Of a stretch of DNA of 64,000 bases, positions 49,043 through 60,100 are shown one piece after another (the first letter of the stretch is position 1; each line of letters begins with the position of its first letter). The DNA is from Candidatus Nomurabacteria bacterium (GTDB lineage: Bacteria; Patescibacteriota; Minisyncoccia; Phycocordibacterales; UBA5272): NCBI GenBank assembly GCA_040376695.1, contig JBEIQD010000003.1, forward strand, positions 1,789-65,788, in the 5' to 3' direction. The position numbers and the translations under genes were made by a program. The notes below the pieces were generated by a model. It was given only the letters and a program-made list of their open reading frames with translations. It did not search any database and was not told where the DNA came from.

Positions 49043-49078
49043 AAAGAAAAACCACCCAAAATAGGGTGGTTTTTCTTT
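49043..49078 (+). terminator. terminator after fusA
   Basis: aaagaaaaaccaccc-aaaata-gggtggtttttcttt. Confidence 0.8.
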
Positions 49079-49335
49079 GTTTGGGAGAGGCTTGGAGTGC
49101 GCTTGTTATGGATGGCTAAATAAGTTGATTGGTATGGGTATAATAAGTTGCGCTCTTTTAAAAAACATGATATGATAGCACGTATTCGCTTAGCGTCCGA
49201 AACTATTGCTTGGCTAGGCGCGTAAGTTCAAGGTTCCCGTTTCAGTTTTTTACTAATTACATAACTAATAGTCCAATATCCCCGAAAATCACAGGTAACT
49301 GTGGAGTAACGGGAGACAAGACCCAACAAAAACAT

Positions 49336-50529
49336 ATGGCAGCAGAATTTGATCGCTCAAAACCACACGTAAACGTAGGAACCATTGGTCACGTTGACCA
49401 CGGAAAGACAACCCTTACAGCAGGTATCCTTAATGTGCTCCACCTTATGGACGCTACTATTAAGATGAAGGATGTTGATGATATCGACAAGGCCCCAGAA
49501 GAAAAGGCTCGTGGTATTACTATTTCTCTTTCTCACTCAGAATACTGGACAGCAAACCGTCACTATGCTCACATTGATGCCCCAGGTCACGCCGACTACA
49601 TCAAGAACATGATTACAGGTGCGGCTCAGATGGACGGTGCGATCCTCGTGGTTGCAGCAACTGATGGTCCTATGCCACAGACTCGTGAACACATCCTTCT
49701 AGCCAAGCAGGTGGGTGTGCCTCGAATGGTAGTGTTCCTTAACAAGTGCGATATGGTTGAAGATCAGGAAATGATCGAGCTCGTTGAAGAAGAAATCCGA
49801 GAACTCCTTACAAAGCAAGGTTTTGATGGAGCAAATACTCCAATCATCCGTGGATCAGGTCTTAAGGCATCAGTAGCCACTGATATCAATGATCCTTGGG
49901 CACAGAAGATTGTTGAACTCATGACTGCACTCGATACATACATCGAAGTTCCAGAACGTGATACAGCAAAGCCTTTCCTTATGCCTGTTGAAGACATCTT
50001 CACTATCGAAGGACGTGGAACTGTGGTAACAGGACGTATTGAACGTGGAATCTTGAAGGTTAACGATGAAATCGAAATCGTTGGTCTTAAGGATACTGTT
50101 AAGACAGTGGTTACTGGTATTGAAATGTTCAACAAGTCACTTTCACAGGGACAGGCTGGAGACAACGCTGGTATCCTTATCCGTGGTATTAAGAAGGAAG
50201 ATATTATGCGTGGACAGGTTTTAGCAAAGCCAGGATCAGTTCTACCACACACAAACTTTGAGTGTGAAGTGTACATTCTTAAGAAGGAAGAAGGAGGACG
50301 ACATACTCCATTCTTGAATGGTTACAAGCCACAGTTCTACGTACGTACAACTGACGTTACAGGAGAAGTTACACTTCCTGCTGGAACTGAAATGGTTATG
50401 CCTGGAGACACTATCAAGTTCACAGTTAAGCTTCTCGCACCTATCGCTCTTGAAGAGCAGGGACGTTTCGCTATCCGTGAAGGAGGTAAGACAGTTGGAG
50501 CGGGAGTTGTAACAAAGATCCTCGCGTAA
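49336..50529 (+). CDS. tuf: elongation factor Tu
   Basis: [17 protein letters not shown] and REGGKTVG; true start MAAEF. Confidence 0.98.
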   Translation: MAAEFDRSKPHVNVGTIGHVDHGKTTLTAGILNVLHLMDATIKMKDVDDIDKAPEEKARGITISLSHSEYWTANRHYAHIDAPGHADYIKNMITGAAQMDGAILVVAATDGPMPQTREHILLAKQVGVPRMVVFLNKCDMVEDQEMIELVEEEIRELLTKQGFDGANTPIIRGSGLKASVATDINDPWAQKIVELMTALDTYIEVPERDTAKPFLMPVEDIFTIEGRGTVVTGRIERGILKVNDEIEIVGLKDTVKTVVTGIEMFNKSLSQGQAGDNAGILIRGIKKEDIMRGQVLAKPGSVLPHTNFECEVYILKKEEGGRHTPFLNGYKPQFYVRTTDVTGEVTLPAGTEMVMPGDTIKFTVKLLAPIALEEQGRFAIREGGKTVGAGVVTKILA

Positions 50530-50559
50530 TCTCTACGTTCTTAAAGAACATTTATTCTC

Positions 50560-50919
50560 ATGGCAACAACGAAAACTATAGCTAAGAAGACGAGCGCCGC
50601 AAAGCAATCTGAAGTTCAGAAGCTTCGTATTCGTGTGCGAGCATACGAAAGCAAAGTGCTTGATGCTTCAGTAAAGCAAATCATCGATACAGCAAGGCGA
50701 TTCGAAGCTACTATCTTGGGGCCGATTCCTCTTCCAACAGAAATCAAGCGCTACACAGTAAACCGCTCAACATTCATCTACAAAGATGCTCGCGAGCAGT
50801 TCGAAATGCGAGTTCACAAGCGTCTCATCGACATCGTGAATCCACAGCCTAAGCTTATCGAAGCTCTTACAAACCTATCACTACCATCTGGTGTTGATAT
50901 CGACGTAAAGATGGCATAA
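50560..50919 (+). CDS. rpsJ: 30S ribosomal protein S10
   Basis: GPIPLPT and REQFEMRVHKRLIDI motifs. Confidence 0.98.
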   Translation: MATTKTIAKKTSAAKQSEVQKLRIRVRAYESKVLDASVKQIIDTARRFEATILGPIPLPTEIKRYTVNRSTFIYKDAREQFEMRVHKRLIDIVNPQPKLIEALTNLSLPSGVDIDVKMA

Positions 50920-50956
50920 AAAGGTCGACCGACTACGTTAAACACTCACTACCTGT

Positions 50957-51562
50957 ATGAAATTCACACTAGCAACAAAACAGCATATGACAGAATTCTT
51001 CTCCGAAGACGGGAAGGTTCATCCTGCAACAGTACTTAAGGCTACTCCTATGACTGTTACAGCACTTAAAACAATCGAACGTGATGGCTATGAAGCTATC
51101 CAGATTGGATCAGGTGTTCAGAAGAAGGAACGAGTTTCAAAGGCGGTTCAGGGTCATTTCAAAGATGCTACGTTTAAGGTGATGAAGGAATTCCGTACAG
51201 CAGGGGGCGACCTCGCGCTTGGAGCTACTATTGCGTGTGATATTTTCCAGAAAGGTGATGAAGTAACTGTTTCATCTATCTCAAAAGGAAAAGGATTCCA
51301 AGGTGTTATGAAGCGCCACGGTATGCACGGAGGTTGGCACCAGCACGGACAGAAGCACTCAATGCGTGAAATCGGTTCTATTGGAGCAACTGGTCCACAG
51401 AGAGTGTTCAAGGGTAAGAAGATGGCAGGACGTATGGGAAGTGACCGAGTTACTCTCAAGCACGTTCAGATTCTTGACGTCGATGTTGAGAATGGATACA
51501 TCCTCGTTAAGGGTGCGGTTGCAGGTCGCCGAGGAACTGTTGTGGAAATTAAGGCGAACTAA
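50957..51562 (+). CDS. rplC: 50S ribosomal protein L3
   Basis: KGKGFQGVMKRH and RVFKGKKMAGRMG motifs. Confidence 0.97.
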   Translation: MKFTLATKQHMTEFFSEDGKVHPATVLKATPMTVTALKTIERDGYEAIQIGSGVQKKERVSKAVQGHFKDATFKVMKEFRTAGGDLALGATIACDIFQKGDEVTVSSISKGKGFQGVMKRHGMHGGWHQHGQKHSMREIGSIGATGPQRVFKGKKMAGRMGSDRVTLKHVQILDVDVENGYILVKGAVAGRRGTVVEIKAN

Positions 51563-51582
51563 CAAGGACTAGTCAAAAAAGT

Positions 51583-52266
51583 ATGCAAGTAACAATTTAT
51601 ACAACTGAAGGAAAAGTAGCTAAATCGATGGATGTTCCAGAGAACATTTTCGGAGCGGAATGGAATGCGGATCTCGTGTCGCAGGTTCTTTACTCACAGG
51701 CGTCAAACCGTCGTGCGGGTACTGCTCACACAAAGAACCGTGCAGAAGTTCGTGGTTCTCACAAGAAGCCATGGGCTCAGAAGGGTTCAGGACGCGCTCG
51801 TCACGGATCAGCTCAGTCTCCTCTATGGAAGGGAGGAGGAGTAACATTCGGACCTCGAAATGATAAGAACTACAAGAAGACTATCCCTAAGGGTATGAAG
51901 GTTGCTGCGCTCTATTCACTTCTTTCTGCAAAAGTTAAGGCAGGAAAGGTTATTTTCGTTGACACTATTTCAGAATCTACAGGTAAGACTCAGGCTGCTG
52001 ACGCAATCATGCGAAACCTTTCAACAATTGAAGGATTCAAGACACTTTGCTACAAGAAGCCAAACAACATCTATGTAACAACAAAGAAGGGAGATGAGCT
52101 CACAAAGCGTTCATTCCGTAACCTTCCATACATGACACTTCATAACATGGAAGACCTTAACCCACTTGATCTTGCAAACACACGATACCTCGTTATTGCT
52201 AACCCAGAAGAGACAATCGCTTTCCTTTCATCTAAGAAAAATAAAGCTGTAGCTAAAGCTAACTAA
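51583..52266 (+). CDS. rplD: 50S ribosomal protein L4
   Basis: KPWAQKGSGRARHGS motif. Confidence 0.97.
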   Translation: MQVTIYTTEGKVAKSMDVPENIFGAEWNADLVSQVLYSQASNRRAGTAHTKNRAEVRGSHKKPWAQKGSGRARHGSAQSPLWKGGGVTFGPRNDKNYKKTIPKGMKVAALYSLLSAKVKAGKVIFVDTISESTGKTQAADAIMRNLSTIEGFKTLCYKKPNNIYVTTKKGDELTKRSFRNLPYMTLHNMEDLNPLDLANTRYLVIANPEETIAFLSSKKNKAVAKAN

Positions 52267-52272
52267 ACGTAT

Positions 52273-52590
52273 ATGGCAACAAAAAAAACTACAGTAGAAG
52301 AAAAGAAAGTTGAGAATGCAAATGCAAAGCTTATTCTTTCACCACGTGTGACAGAAAAAGCATCACTTCAGTCAAACCAGAACGCGTTTACATTCGTTGT
52401 GCGATCTGAAGCTACAAAGCTTTCACTTCGCGATGAAATCAAGAAGGAGTACAAGGTAACACCTCGTGCGATCAACATCACAAACATTCCTCGTCAGTGG
52501 ACCTTCATTAAAGGAAAAGTTGGACACAAGCAGGGTTATAAGAAAGCTATTGTGTTCCTTAAAAAAGGTGACACCATCAAGCTTGCATAA
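52273..52590 (+). CDS. rplW: 50S ribosomal protein L23
   Basis: PRVTEKA and YKKAIVFL; operon position. Confidence 0.95.
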   Translation: MATKKTTVEEKKVENANAKLILSPRVTEKASLQSNQNAFTFVVRSEATKLSLRDEIKKEYKVTPRAINITNIPRQWTFIKGKVGHKQGYKKAIVFLKKGDTIKLA

Positions 52591-52610
52591 TCCAATTTTA
52601 TTACACGACC

Positions 52611-53450
52611 ATGAAAACCTATAAACCAACAACTCCATCACGACGTAACATGACCACGGTATCATACCGAGGAGTTATTACGACGAATGATCCGTACAAG
52701 CCACTTACGCATGGATTCAAGCGTGGTGTTGGACGTAACGCATTCGGACGCATCACAAGTCCATACAAAGGAGGAGGGCACAAGCGTTCTTACCGTGAAA
52801 TCGACTTTAAGTACGACATCATGGATATTCCTGCAAAGGTTGAGACAGTAGAGTACGATCCAAACCGATCAGGCTTTATTTCTCTTGTTTCATATAGAAA
52901 CGGTGCAAAGCGTTACGTGCTTCTTCCAAAAAGCATGAAGGTAGGGGACACATTTATTGTTTCTGAAAAGGCTGACCTTGAACCAGGTAACCGTCTTAAG
53001 CTTTCAAATATTCCTGTTGGAACATATGTATACAACATTGAAGTGAAGTTACATGCTGGAGCAAAGCTTGTTCGTTCAGCCGGAGTATACGCTCAGGTTG
53101 TTGCCCACGATAACGGATACACATCTATCAAACTTCCTTCAACTGAAGTTCGTAAGATCGTTGACACATGTTACGCATGTATCGGTGAAGTTTCGAATGA
53201 AGAATACCGTCTTAGAAATGTTGGTAAGGCTGGACGATCACGTAACCTAGGTCGCAGACCAAAGACTCGTGCGATGGCTAAGAACGCTGTTGACCACCCA
53301 TACGGAGGAGGAGAAGGAGCACAGCCACGAGGAACACGTCGTCCAAAGACAAAGTACGGTAAAACTACAGGAGGACATAAGACTCGTAAGCCGAAGAAGT
53401 ACTCAAACGTACACATCGTTTCAAGACGTGTCGTTCGCAAGAAGAAGTAA
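52611..53450 (+). CDS. rplB: 50S ribosomal protein L2
   Basis: EYDPNRS and NAVDHPYGGGEG motifs. Confidence 0.98.
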   Translation: MKTYKPTTPSRRNMTTVSYRGVITTNDPYKPLTHGFKRGVGRNAFGRITSPYKGGGHKRSYREIDFKYDIMDIPAKVETVEYDPNRSGFISLVSYRNGAKRYVLLPKSMKVGDTFIVSEKADLEPGNRLKLSNIPVGTYVYNIEVKLHAGAKLVRSAGVYAQVVAHDNGYTSIKLPSTEVRKIVDTCYACIGEVSNEEYRLRNVGKAGRSRNLGRRPKTRAMAKNAVDHPYGGGEGAQPRGTRRPKTKYGKTTGGHKTRKPKKYSNVHIVSRRVVRKKK

Positions 53451-53515
53451 AATAGTATTTTCCGAAATAGTCTTTACTTTCAAGGAAAATCTGATATAAT
53501 TAAACCCCATTAACC

Positions 53516-53860
53516 ATGACACGATCAATTCACAAAGGTCCATACGTAGACGAACGAGTACTTAAGAAGGTACTTGGAAAGCGCCCAGAAGAAACTGGCG
53601 TTATTAAGACCTGGATTCGTCGTTCAGACATTTCTCCTGAAATGGTTGGATTCACATTCGGTGTATACAACGGAAAGATTCACATCGATGTGCTCGTTAC
53701 TGAAGACATGGTAGGACACAAGCTTGGTGAGTTCTCTCCAACTCGTAAGTTCATCCGTCACGGAGGTAAGATGCAGAAGGAAATCGACCAGAAGAAGAAG
53801 GAAACTGAAATCTCTGCTGCAAAGACTGCAAAAGCAACTACTGATACAAAGAAGAAATAA
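53516..53860 (+). CDS. rpsS: 30S ribosomal protein S19
   Basis: [13 protein letters not shown] motif. Confidence 0.98.
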   Translation: MTRSIHKGPYVDERVLKKVLGKRPEETGVIKTWIRRSDISPEMVGFTFGVYNGKIHIDVLVTEDMVGHKLGEFSPTRKFIRHGGKMQKEIDQKKKETEISAAKTAKATTDTKKK

Positions 53861-53865
53861 TAACC

Positions 53866-54195
53866 ATGAAAGCTCAACTTAACAACTACCGCCAAGCACC
53901 TCGAAAAGTTCGTCTCATCACGACTCTAGTACAGGGAAAAAACGCTCTTCATGCGCAGGCTATTTTAGCTACGATGATCAAGCGTGGAGCGCTTCCAATC
54001 AAGAAGCTTCTTGATTCGGCTGTAGCAAACGCTGGAGTTGGAGCTGACAAGCTTATTATTAAATCTGCTCGTGTAGATAAGGGAGTAGTCATCAAGCGAT
54101 GGATGCCACGTGCGATGGGACGAGCATTCCCAATCCACAAGCATACAAGTAAGGTGGTTATCGAACTAGCTAAGGTAGACGAAACAACAAAGTAA
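53866..54195 (+). CDS. rplV: 50S ribosomal protein L22
   Basis: APRKVRL, SAVANA and PRAMGRA motifs. Confidence 0.96.
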   Translation: MKAQLNNYRQAPRKVRLITTLVQGKNALHAQAILATMIKRGALPIKKLLDSAVANAGVGADKLIIKSARVDKGVVIKRWMPRAMGRAFPIHKHTSKVVIELAKVDETTK

Positions 54196-54199
54196 TTTT

Positions 54200-54874
54200 A
54201 TGACACACGTAGTACACCCATATGCACATAGACTTGGAATCATTCGCGACTGGAAGTCACGATGGTTCGGCAAGAACCAAGCTCATTACGTAGATCATCT
54301 ACGTGCTGATGTTCTTGTTCGCTCATGGCTTACAAAGAAACTTCGCGGTATGTATGTATCTCTTATTGAGATCGAACGTACTGAAAAGCAGTACCGCATT
54401 ATGTTACATACATCACGTCCAGGTATGATTATCGGACGCGGGGGAGACGGAATTGAAAAGCTTAAGCTTACGCTTAAGAAAGAAATGGCTCGTCTTAAGA
54501 TCATTACTCCACAGGATGTGAAGCTTGATATCGTTGAAGTAACTTCTCCAGAAGCTGATGCTGCAATCGTAGCTGCTATGGTTATCGAAGGAATCGAAAA
54601 GCGTCTTCCTTTCCGAAGAGTGCTCAAGATGACTATTGAAAAAGTTATGGCTAATCGCGATGTTCAGGGTGCTCGTATTCAAGTGTCAGGACGTCTTGGT
54701 GGAGCTGAAATGGCTCGTCGAGAAAATATCAAGCGAGGTGGAATTCCACTTCAAACACTTCGTGCTGATATTGATTTTGCTCGTGAAAAGGCACACATGA
54801 CATACGGAGTTATTGGTATCAAGGTATGGATTTACCGTGGTATGAAGTTTGATAAGAAAGAAGGTCAGAAGTAA
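54200..54874 (+). CDS. rpsC: 30S ribosomal protein S3
   Basis: GRLGGAEMAR and PLQTLRADID motifs. Confidence 0.98.
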   Translation: MTHVVHPYAHRLGIIRDWKSRWFGKNQAHYVDHLRADVLVRSWLTKKLRGMYVSLIEIERTEKQYRIMLHTSRPGMIIGRGGDGIEKLKLTLKKEMARLKIITPQDVKLDIVEVTSPEADAAIVAAMVIEGIEKRLPFRRVLKMTIEKVMANRDVQGARIQVSGRLGGAEMARRENIKRGGIPLQTLRADIDFAREKAHMTYGVIGIKVWIYRGMKFDKKEGQK

Positions 54875-54898
54875 TTGAATTAATTTAAAACAACGAGT

Positions 54899-55318
54899 AT
54901 GTTATTCCCAAAGAAAGTAAAACACCGAAAATGGCAGACAGCCCGCCTCTCAGAAGAGAAGCTTAACCGTCCTGAATCACGTGGTATCACGGTAGCTTTC
55001 GGCTCGTTTGGTCTTAAAGCGGAAACTCCATCTCGTATTGCTGCGAATCAGATTGAAGCTGCTCGCCGTGCGATGTCTCGTCACGCAGGTAAGACTGCAA
55101 AGATTTGGATTCGTATTTTCCCAGATCGTCCAGTAACACAGAAGGCCGCTGAAGTTCCGATGGGTAAGGGTAAAGGAGATCCAGATCGATACGTATTTGA
55201 AGTACGACCAGGACGAATTCTCTTTGAGGTTGACGGTGTATCAGAAGAAATTGCTCGTGAAGCACTTCGCAAAGCTGGAACAAAACTTCCAGTTAAGACT
55301 CGAGTAGTTACTCGCTAA
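54899..55318 (+). CDS. rplP: 50S ribosomal protein L16
   Basis: WIRIFPD and MGKGKG motifs. Confidence 0.98.
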   Translation: MLFPKKVKHRKWQTARLSEEKLNRPESRGITVAFGSFGLKAETPSRIAANQIEAARRAMSRHAGKTAKIWIRIFPDRPVTQKAAEVPMGKGKGDPDRYVFEVRPGRILFEVDGVSEEIAREALRKAGTKLPVKTRVVTR

Positions 55319-55324
55319 ACGCAT

Positions 55325-55591
55325 ATGACAAACAAAACTAACAATACAATAATCACCGTTCGCAAGAAGCTCACAGGAAAGGTTGTGTCTGACAAAATGG
55401 ACAAAACTGTTGTTGTGAACGTTCAACGATACGTTGCGCACAAGAAGTACGGAAAGTACTACAAGATCGACAAGCGCTACAAGGCTCATGATGAAAAGAA
55501 TGAGTACGTGGTAGGGGACACTGTCATCATCGAAGAGTGCCGTCCACTTTCAAAGGATAAGAACTTTACTGTTCTTGAAAAGAAGAACTAA
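55325..55591 (+). CDS. rpsQ: 30S ribosomal protein S17
   Basis: [14 protein letters not shown] and ECRPLSK motifs. Confidence 0.98.
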   Translation: MTNKTNNTIITVRKKLTGKVVSDKMDKTVVVNVQRYVAHKKYGKYYKIDKRYKAHDEKNEYVVGDTVIIEECRPLSKDKNFTVLEKKN

Positions 55592-55613
55592 TTATTAATC
55601 TACATCTACTACT

Positions 55614-55994
55614 ATGATTCAAGCAGGAACAAACGTAATAATCACTGATAACTCTGGCGGAAAGCGCGGGCGAGTGTTTAAGGTGCTCGGAGGATCAAAG
55701 CGTCGTTATGCTTCTATTGGAGACATGGTGGTACTTTCAATCAAGGTTGCAGAACCTCGAAAGCAGACTAAGAAAAAGGATGTGGTGTATGGTGTAGTTG
55801 TTCGTACAACAAAGCAGATTCGCCGAAAGGATGGATCATACATTTCATTTGATGATAACGCGGTAGTACTTGTTGATAAGACAAAGAAGGAACCTAAGGC
55901 AGGACGTGTGTTCGGACCAGTTCCTCGTGAGCTTTCTGAAACAGGTATCGAAGGATACCGAAAGATTGCCTCTCTTGCACCAGAAATTATCTAA
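55614..55994 (+). CDS. rplN: 50S ribosomal protein L14
   Basis: DNSG, FDDNAVV and [10 protein letters not shown] motifs. Confidence 0.98.
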   Translation: MIQAGTNVIITDNSGGKRGRVFKVLGGSKRRYASIGDMVVLSIKVAEPRKQTKKKDVVYGVVVRTTKQIRRKDGSYISFDDNAVVLVDKTKKEPKAGRVFGPVPRELSETGIEGYRKIASLAPEII

Positions 55995-56012
55995 TTACTT
56001 TAATTTAAATAT

Positions 56013-56288
56013 ATGCACGTAAAAAAAGGAGACAAAGTAATAGTGATTGCAGGTAAGGAGAAAGGAAAGTCTTCAACTGTAACGAAGGTATTGCGAGAAG
56101 AAAACCGCGTTATTCTTGATGGCCTTAACCTCATGAAGAAGCACACTCGTCCTACAAAGGCAGGGGCTAAGGGTGGAATTATCTCAGTTGCTATGTCAAT
56201 TCATGCTTCAAATGTGAAGCTTGCTGACAAGGCTGCAAAGAAAGAAAAGCCTGCGGCAAAGAAGAAAGCTGCTAAGAAAGTTGCTTAA
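56013..56288 (+). CDS. rplX: 50S ribosomal protein L24
   Basis: KKGDKVIVIAGKEKGK and IHASNV motifs. Confidence 0.97.
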   Translation: MHVKKGDKVIVIAGKEKGKSSTVTKVLREENRVILDGLNLMKKHTRPTKAGAKGGIISVAMSIHASNVKLADKAAKKEKPAAKKKAAKKVA

Positions 56289-56289
56289 T

Positions 56290-56320
56290 ATAAAAACCGA
56301 CTCAAATGAGTCGGTTTTTA
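56290..56320 (+). terminator. terminator between rplX and rplE
   Basis: taaaaaccgactca-aa-tgagtcggttttta. Confidence 0.8.
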
Positions 56321-56439
56321 TTTACAAATGCCTTTATTTATAGTAGAGTGTAAGTCTATTATCAATAAAGAGAGCGACGTATAACGTCTGGCAAGATGTC
56401 ACAATCGAACCGACCAATCGTGCTCCAAAGCAAATATAT

Positions 56440-56997
56440 ATGGCTAAATCAGCATTTGTGGGTGTGCAGGAAATTGAAAAGGGACTCTTCGAGAAACTTT
56501 CAAAGGAATTTGGATACAAGAATATCATGGCGTCACCACACCTTGTAAAGGTGAATGTTTCTGTGGCGACAGGTTCTGCTATGAAGCGTGATAAGAAGCG
56601 AAATGATCTCGTGGTTGATCGTCTTACAAAGATTACAGGACAGCGTCCAACAGTACGTAAGGCAAAGATGTCAGTTGCGTCATTCAAAACTCGTGAAGGG
56701 GATCCAATTGGAGTTGCGGTAACGCTTCGTGGAGCTCGTATGTTCGGATTCTTGGATAAGGTCCTTAACGTGTCACTTCCTCGTACAAAGGACTTCCGTG
56801 GTCTTAATCGTACATCAGTGGATGATATCGGTAACATGACGTTTGGTATCAAGGAACATACTATTTTCCCTGAAATTAAGGACGAAGAACTTAAGGATGT
56901 TTTCGGAATGGCTATCACGCTTGTAACAACAGCGAAGACAAAGGAAGAGGCGACTCGTTTCTTTGAACTTATTGGTATTCCGTTCAAGAAGATCTAG
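56440..56997 (+). CDS. rplE: 50S ribosomal protein L5
   Basis: ITGQRP, VTLRG, LPRTKDFRG and IFPEI motifs. Confidence 0.97.
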   Translation: MAKSAFVGVQEIEKGLFEKLSKEFGYKNIMASPHLVKVNVSVATGSAMKRDKKRNDLVVDRLTKITGQRPTVRKAKMSVASFKTREGDPIGVAVTLRGARMFGFLDKVLNVSLPRTKDFRGLNRTSVDDIGNMTFGIKEHTIFPEIKDEELKDVFGMAITLVTTAKTKEEATRFFELIGIPFKKI

Positions 56998-57020
56998 TTT
57001 TTTAAACTAAATTTAACTAA

Positions 57021-57051
57021 TAAAAAGCAGCGTCTACGATGCTGCTTTTTA
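57021..57051 (+). terminator. terminator after rplE
   Basis: aaaaagcagcgtc-tac-gatgctgcttttt. Confidence 0.8.
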
Positions 57052-57109
57052 TATTTTGTATCCCCATTTTATCCTTTCTTCATAGGCACTATTCTCGTAT
57101 ACTGAACGT

Positions 57110-60100
57110 ATGCTTTCGGGTCATTTTTCCATGTTTTATAAACTCTTTTCTTTACACAAGAGGGCGGTAATGATCTCTCTCTGTGCGGTAGTACTTTTCT
57201 CCCCAACCCTCACGTTCGCAGCCAACCCAGCCTCTCCATTTTCTCCATCAGATAACGTAGTGGACCCAAACTGTTTACCAACAGATTCTAACTGTTATGT
57301 GTCGATGACAAGTATGACCTTTGTTAACGCAACTTCTACACGACTGTTTGCAACGAATGCATCTTCAACAAACTTTTTCTCTACACTCATAAATGCAGTA
57401 ACTGCACTCTTCACTAACCTCACTACAACAGGAACAACAACTCTTGCTACAACTGGCGGAAGGGTGGGAGTTGGAACAACTACACCGAACCATACACTTG
57501 ATGTCCAGGGAAATATTGGTCTTGCTTCTTCAGGCTACATTAACTTTGGTTCAGTAGACAGTACATCAGGATACGGATTCCGCGACAATGCTGGTGCAAT
57601 TGAATACAAGAACTCAAACGGAGGCTGGACATCATTCGCCTCAGCTGGTGCAGGAGGAGGACAGCTCCTTGCTGTGTACTCAACCTCAACTGTAGGAACA
57701 AACATTACCGTTAACTTCAATGGTTCTGCTAACTCTTCACCGTCATACTCAGGAGGTGTTCTTACGCTCCCCTCAAACGCATCTCACATCGTTGTTGAAA
57801 CATGGGGAGCGGGTGGTGGAGGAGGAGGGTCAAACGGCGGCGCAACAGGAGGGACTGGAGGGGCTAGTTGTTTCGGAACGAACGCAACAGCTTGTACGAG
57901 TCCTATTATAAGCGCAACAGGAGGGACTGGAGGAACCTCTCAAGGGGGAGGAAGTGTTGCTGGAACAGGAACAGGGGGTGATATTAATCTAACTGGTGGG
58001 ACGAGTGCAGGGCTCACAACTGTTGGAGGTGGTTCAATTAATTACTCTGCAGGAGGAGCAGGAGGATCTGCTCCTCTTGGAGGGGGTGGGGGAGGAAGTA
58101 CTTACACCTCATCTGGAGCAACAGGGGCAAGATACGGTGGAGGTGGAGGGGGAGGGGGAATCTATGGAAGTACCAGCTCTTGTACTGCAGGAGGGGGTGG
58201 TGCAGGAGGAGGATACGCAAGAAAGTTGGTCACTAATCCATCAGGAACATATTATTACACCATTGGTGCTGGTGGAGCTGGAACTGTTGCGGGAAGCGCG
58301 TGTGGAGTGGGAAGTCAATATGGCGGAGGCGATGGTGGCTCAGGAGGAATCACTATCTCCATCTATACCTCAGGAGTATCTAATGGTTCTATTGGAAGTG
58401 GTCTCACAGGGTACATTCCGTACTACGGTTCTACAGGAACTAACCTTTCTGCTACTTCTTCAATCTTTCTTTCAACAACAGGGAATGTCGGTATTGGAAC
58501 AAGTACACCACTTTCAAAACTCTCAGTACAAGGAGACTTTTTCTTAGAAGGGTCTAATAGATATTTAAATTTCGGAAACGCAACAGGAACTCCGGGATAC
58601 GGATTCCGTGACAACGCAGGGGTACTAGAATTCAAAAATGCTTCTGGCTCTTGGACAAGCTTTTCAACTTCCACAGCTTTAGGTTCTGCTGGCCCTTCTT
58701 TTTCTGTTAATAAAGGGGGAACCAGTCAAACAGTTCCAGGAGGGAACACTACTTTACTCACATGGTCAACAGAAGTGTTTGATACCAACAATAATTTTGC
58801 TTCAAACAGGTTTACTCCAACAGTTGCAGGTAAGTATATTTTTAATCTGAATGTGCGTTGTAATGGAACAGGATGTTACGCGCATATTTACCAAAACGGG
58901 ATTCAGGTGTCGCAAACAGGTACAGGAACTGGAGGTTCTGATACGGAAATAGTAAGTACTTCCATTCTTCTTGATATGAATGGCACCACTGATTACGTAG
59001 AAGCTTATGGATATAATACCTCAACCACTATTAGTGGAAATGCATCTCAAACCTTCTTCACTGGCGCACTCATTGCTCCAGTAAATGCCACGGCAGGTGG
59101 TTGGCAAAATGATAGTACTTCATCGTTCCTGGCTGACTCCACTGATTTTGTTGGAATTGGAACTTCTAGTCCTACAGCTAAACTATCAATCCAAGGAACA
59201 GCAGGCTTCAATCCATTCATGGTTGCTTCTTCAACAGGAGCTTCACTCTTCTCGATTCTTCAGAACGGTAATATTGGAATTGGAACAAGTACACCATCGT
59301 CTAAATTAGATATTTGGGGCAATCTTACAGTAGGTACTTCATCTACTCCATTAATTTTTGCAAATACAGCAACAGGAAATGTGGGGATTGGAACAGCGAA
59401 CCCTGAATATAAACTAACTGTTGTTGCTCCAGCATCAAATTGGGGTATTGCTATAAATCCAGACAATCCAAGTAGCGGAAAACAGTACGGTTTGTTGGCT
59501 CGTGGGACATTGTATTCCGGGTACTTTAACGGCCCAGGTTTTATAGATCAAAGTGCTTGGACATACGGCTCGGACCGTCGCCTGAAGGAAAATATTTCAT
59601 ATTTTGAAAATGGACTAGATACTATTATGCGTCTTAAGCCTGCTGCGTATGACTACATATCAGGAACGAAAAGTAACCTCGGATTCATTGCTCAGGATGT
59701 ACAGGAAGTTATCCCAGAAGCTGTAACAATAACTGATCCAACAACAGGAATGCTTGGACTTAAAACTGATTTTATTATTCCATATCTTGTTAATGCAGTT
59801 CAGAATATGAATTCCGTCTTTAACGCAAGTAATGCGTTAAATGCTTCTTCAACTATCTTCTCGTATTATCAGGGAACAACTACTCCTGCAATCACTGTGG
59901 GGGCTACAGGTAATGTCGCTATCGCAACAAGTTCATCCCCGTATACTTTAACTGTTGGTAACTCTCTTATCAGTGGTGTTATCGCTCGCTTCCAAAATGC
60001 TACAGGGTACTGTGATATCAATCCAACAACAACATCACTTACCTGTTCTTCAGACGAGCGACTTAAGAAAAATATCCTCTCACTTGACGCAACATCTACG

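Noticed and set aside
49210-49335. N-terminal extensions from the ORF track (tuf; also xer, xth, rsmE, rny, recJ and the 7365-8525 ORF)
   Set aside because: Conserved protein starts and -10 boxes indicate the downstream ATGs.
57996-58547. 183-aa Glu/Val-rich alternative-frame ORF
   Set aside because: Frame-shifted reading of GGA/GGT glycine codons.
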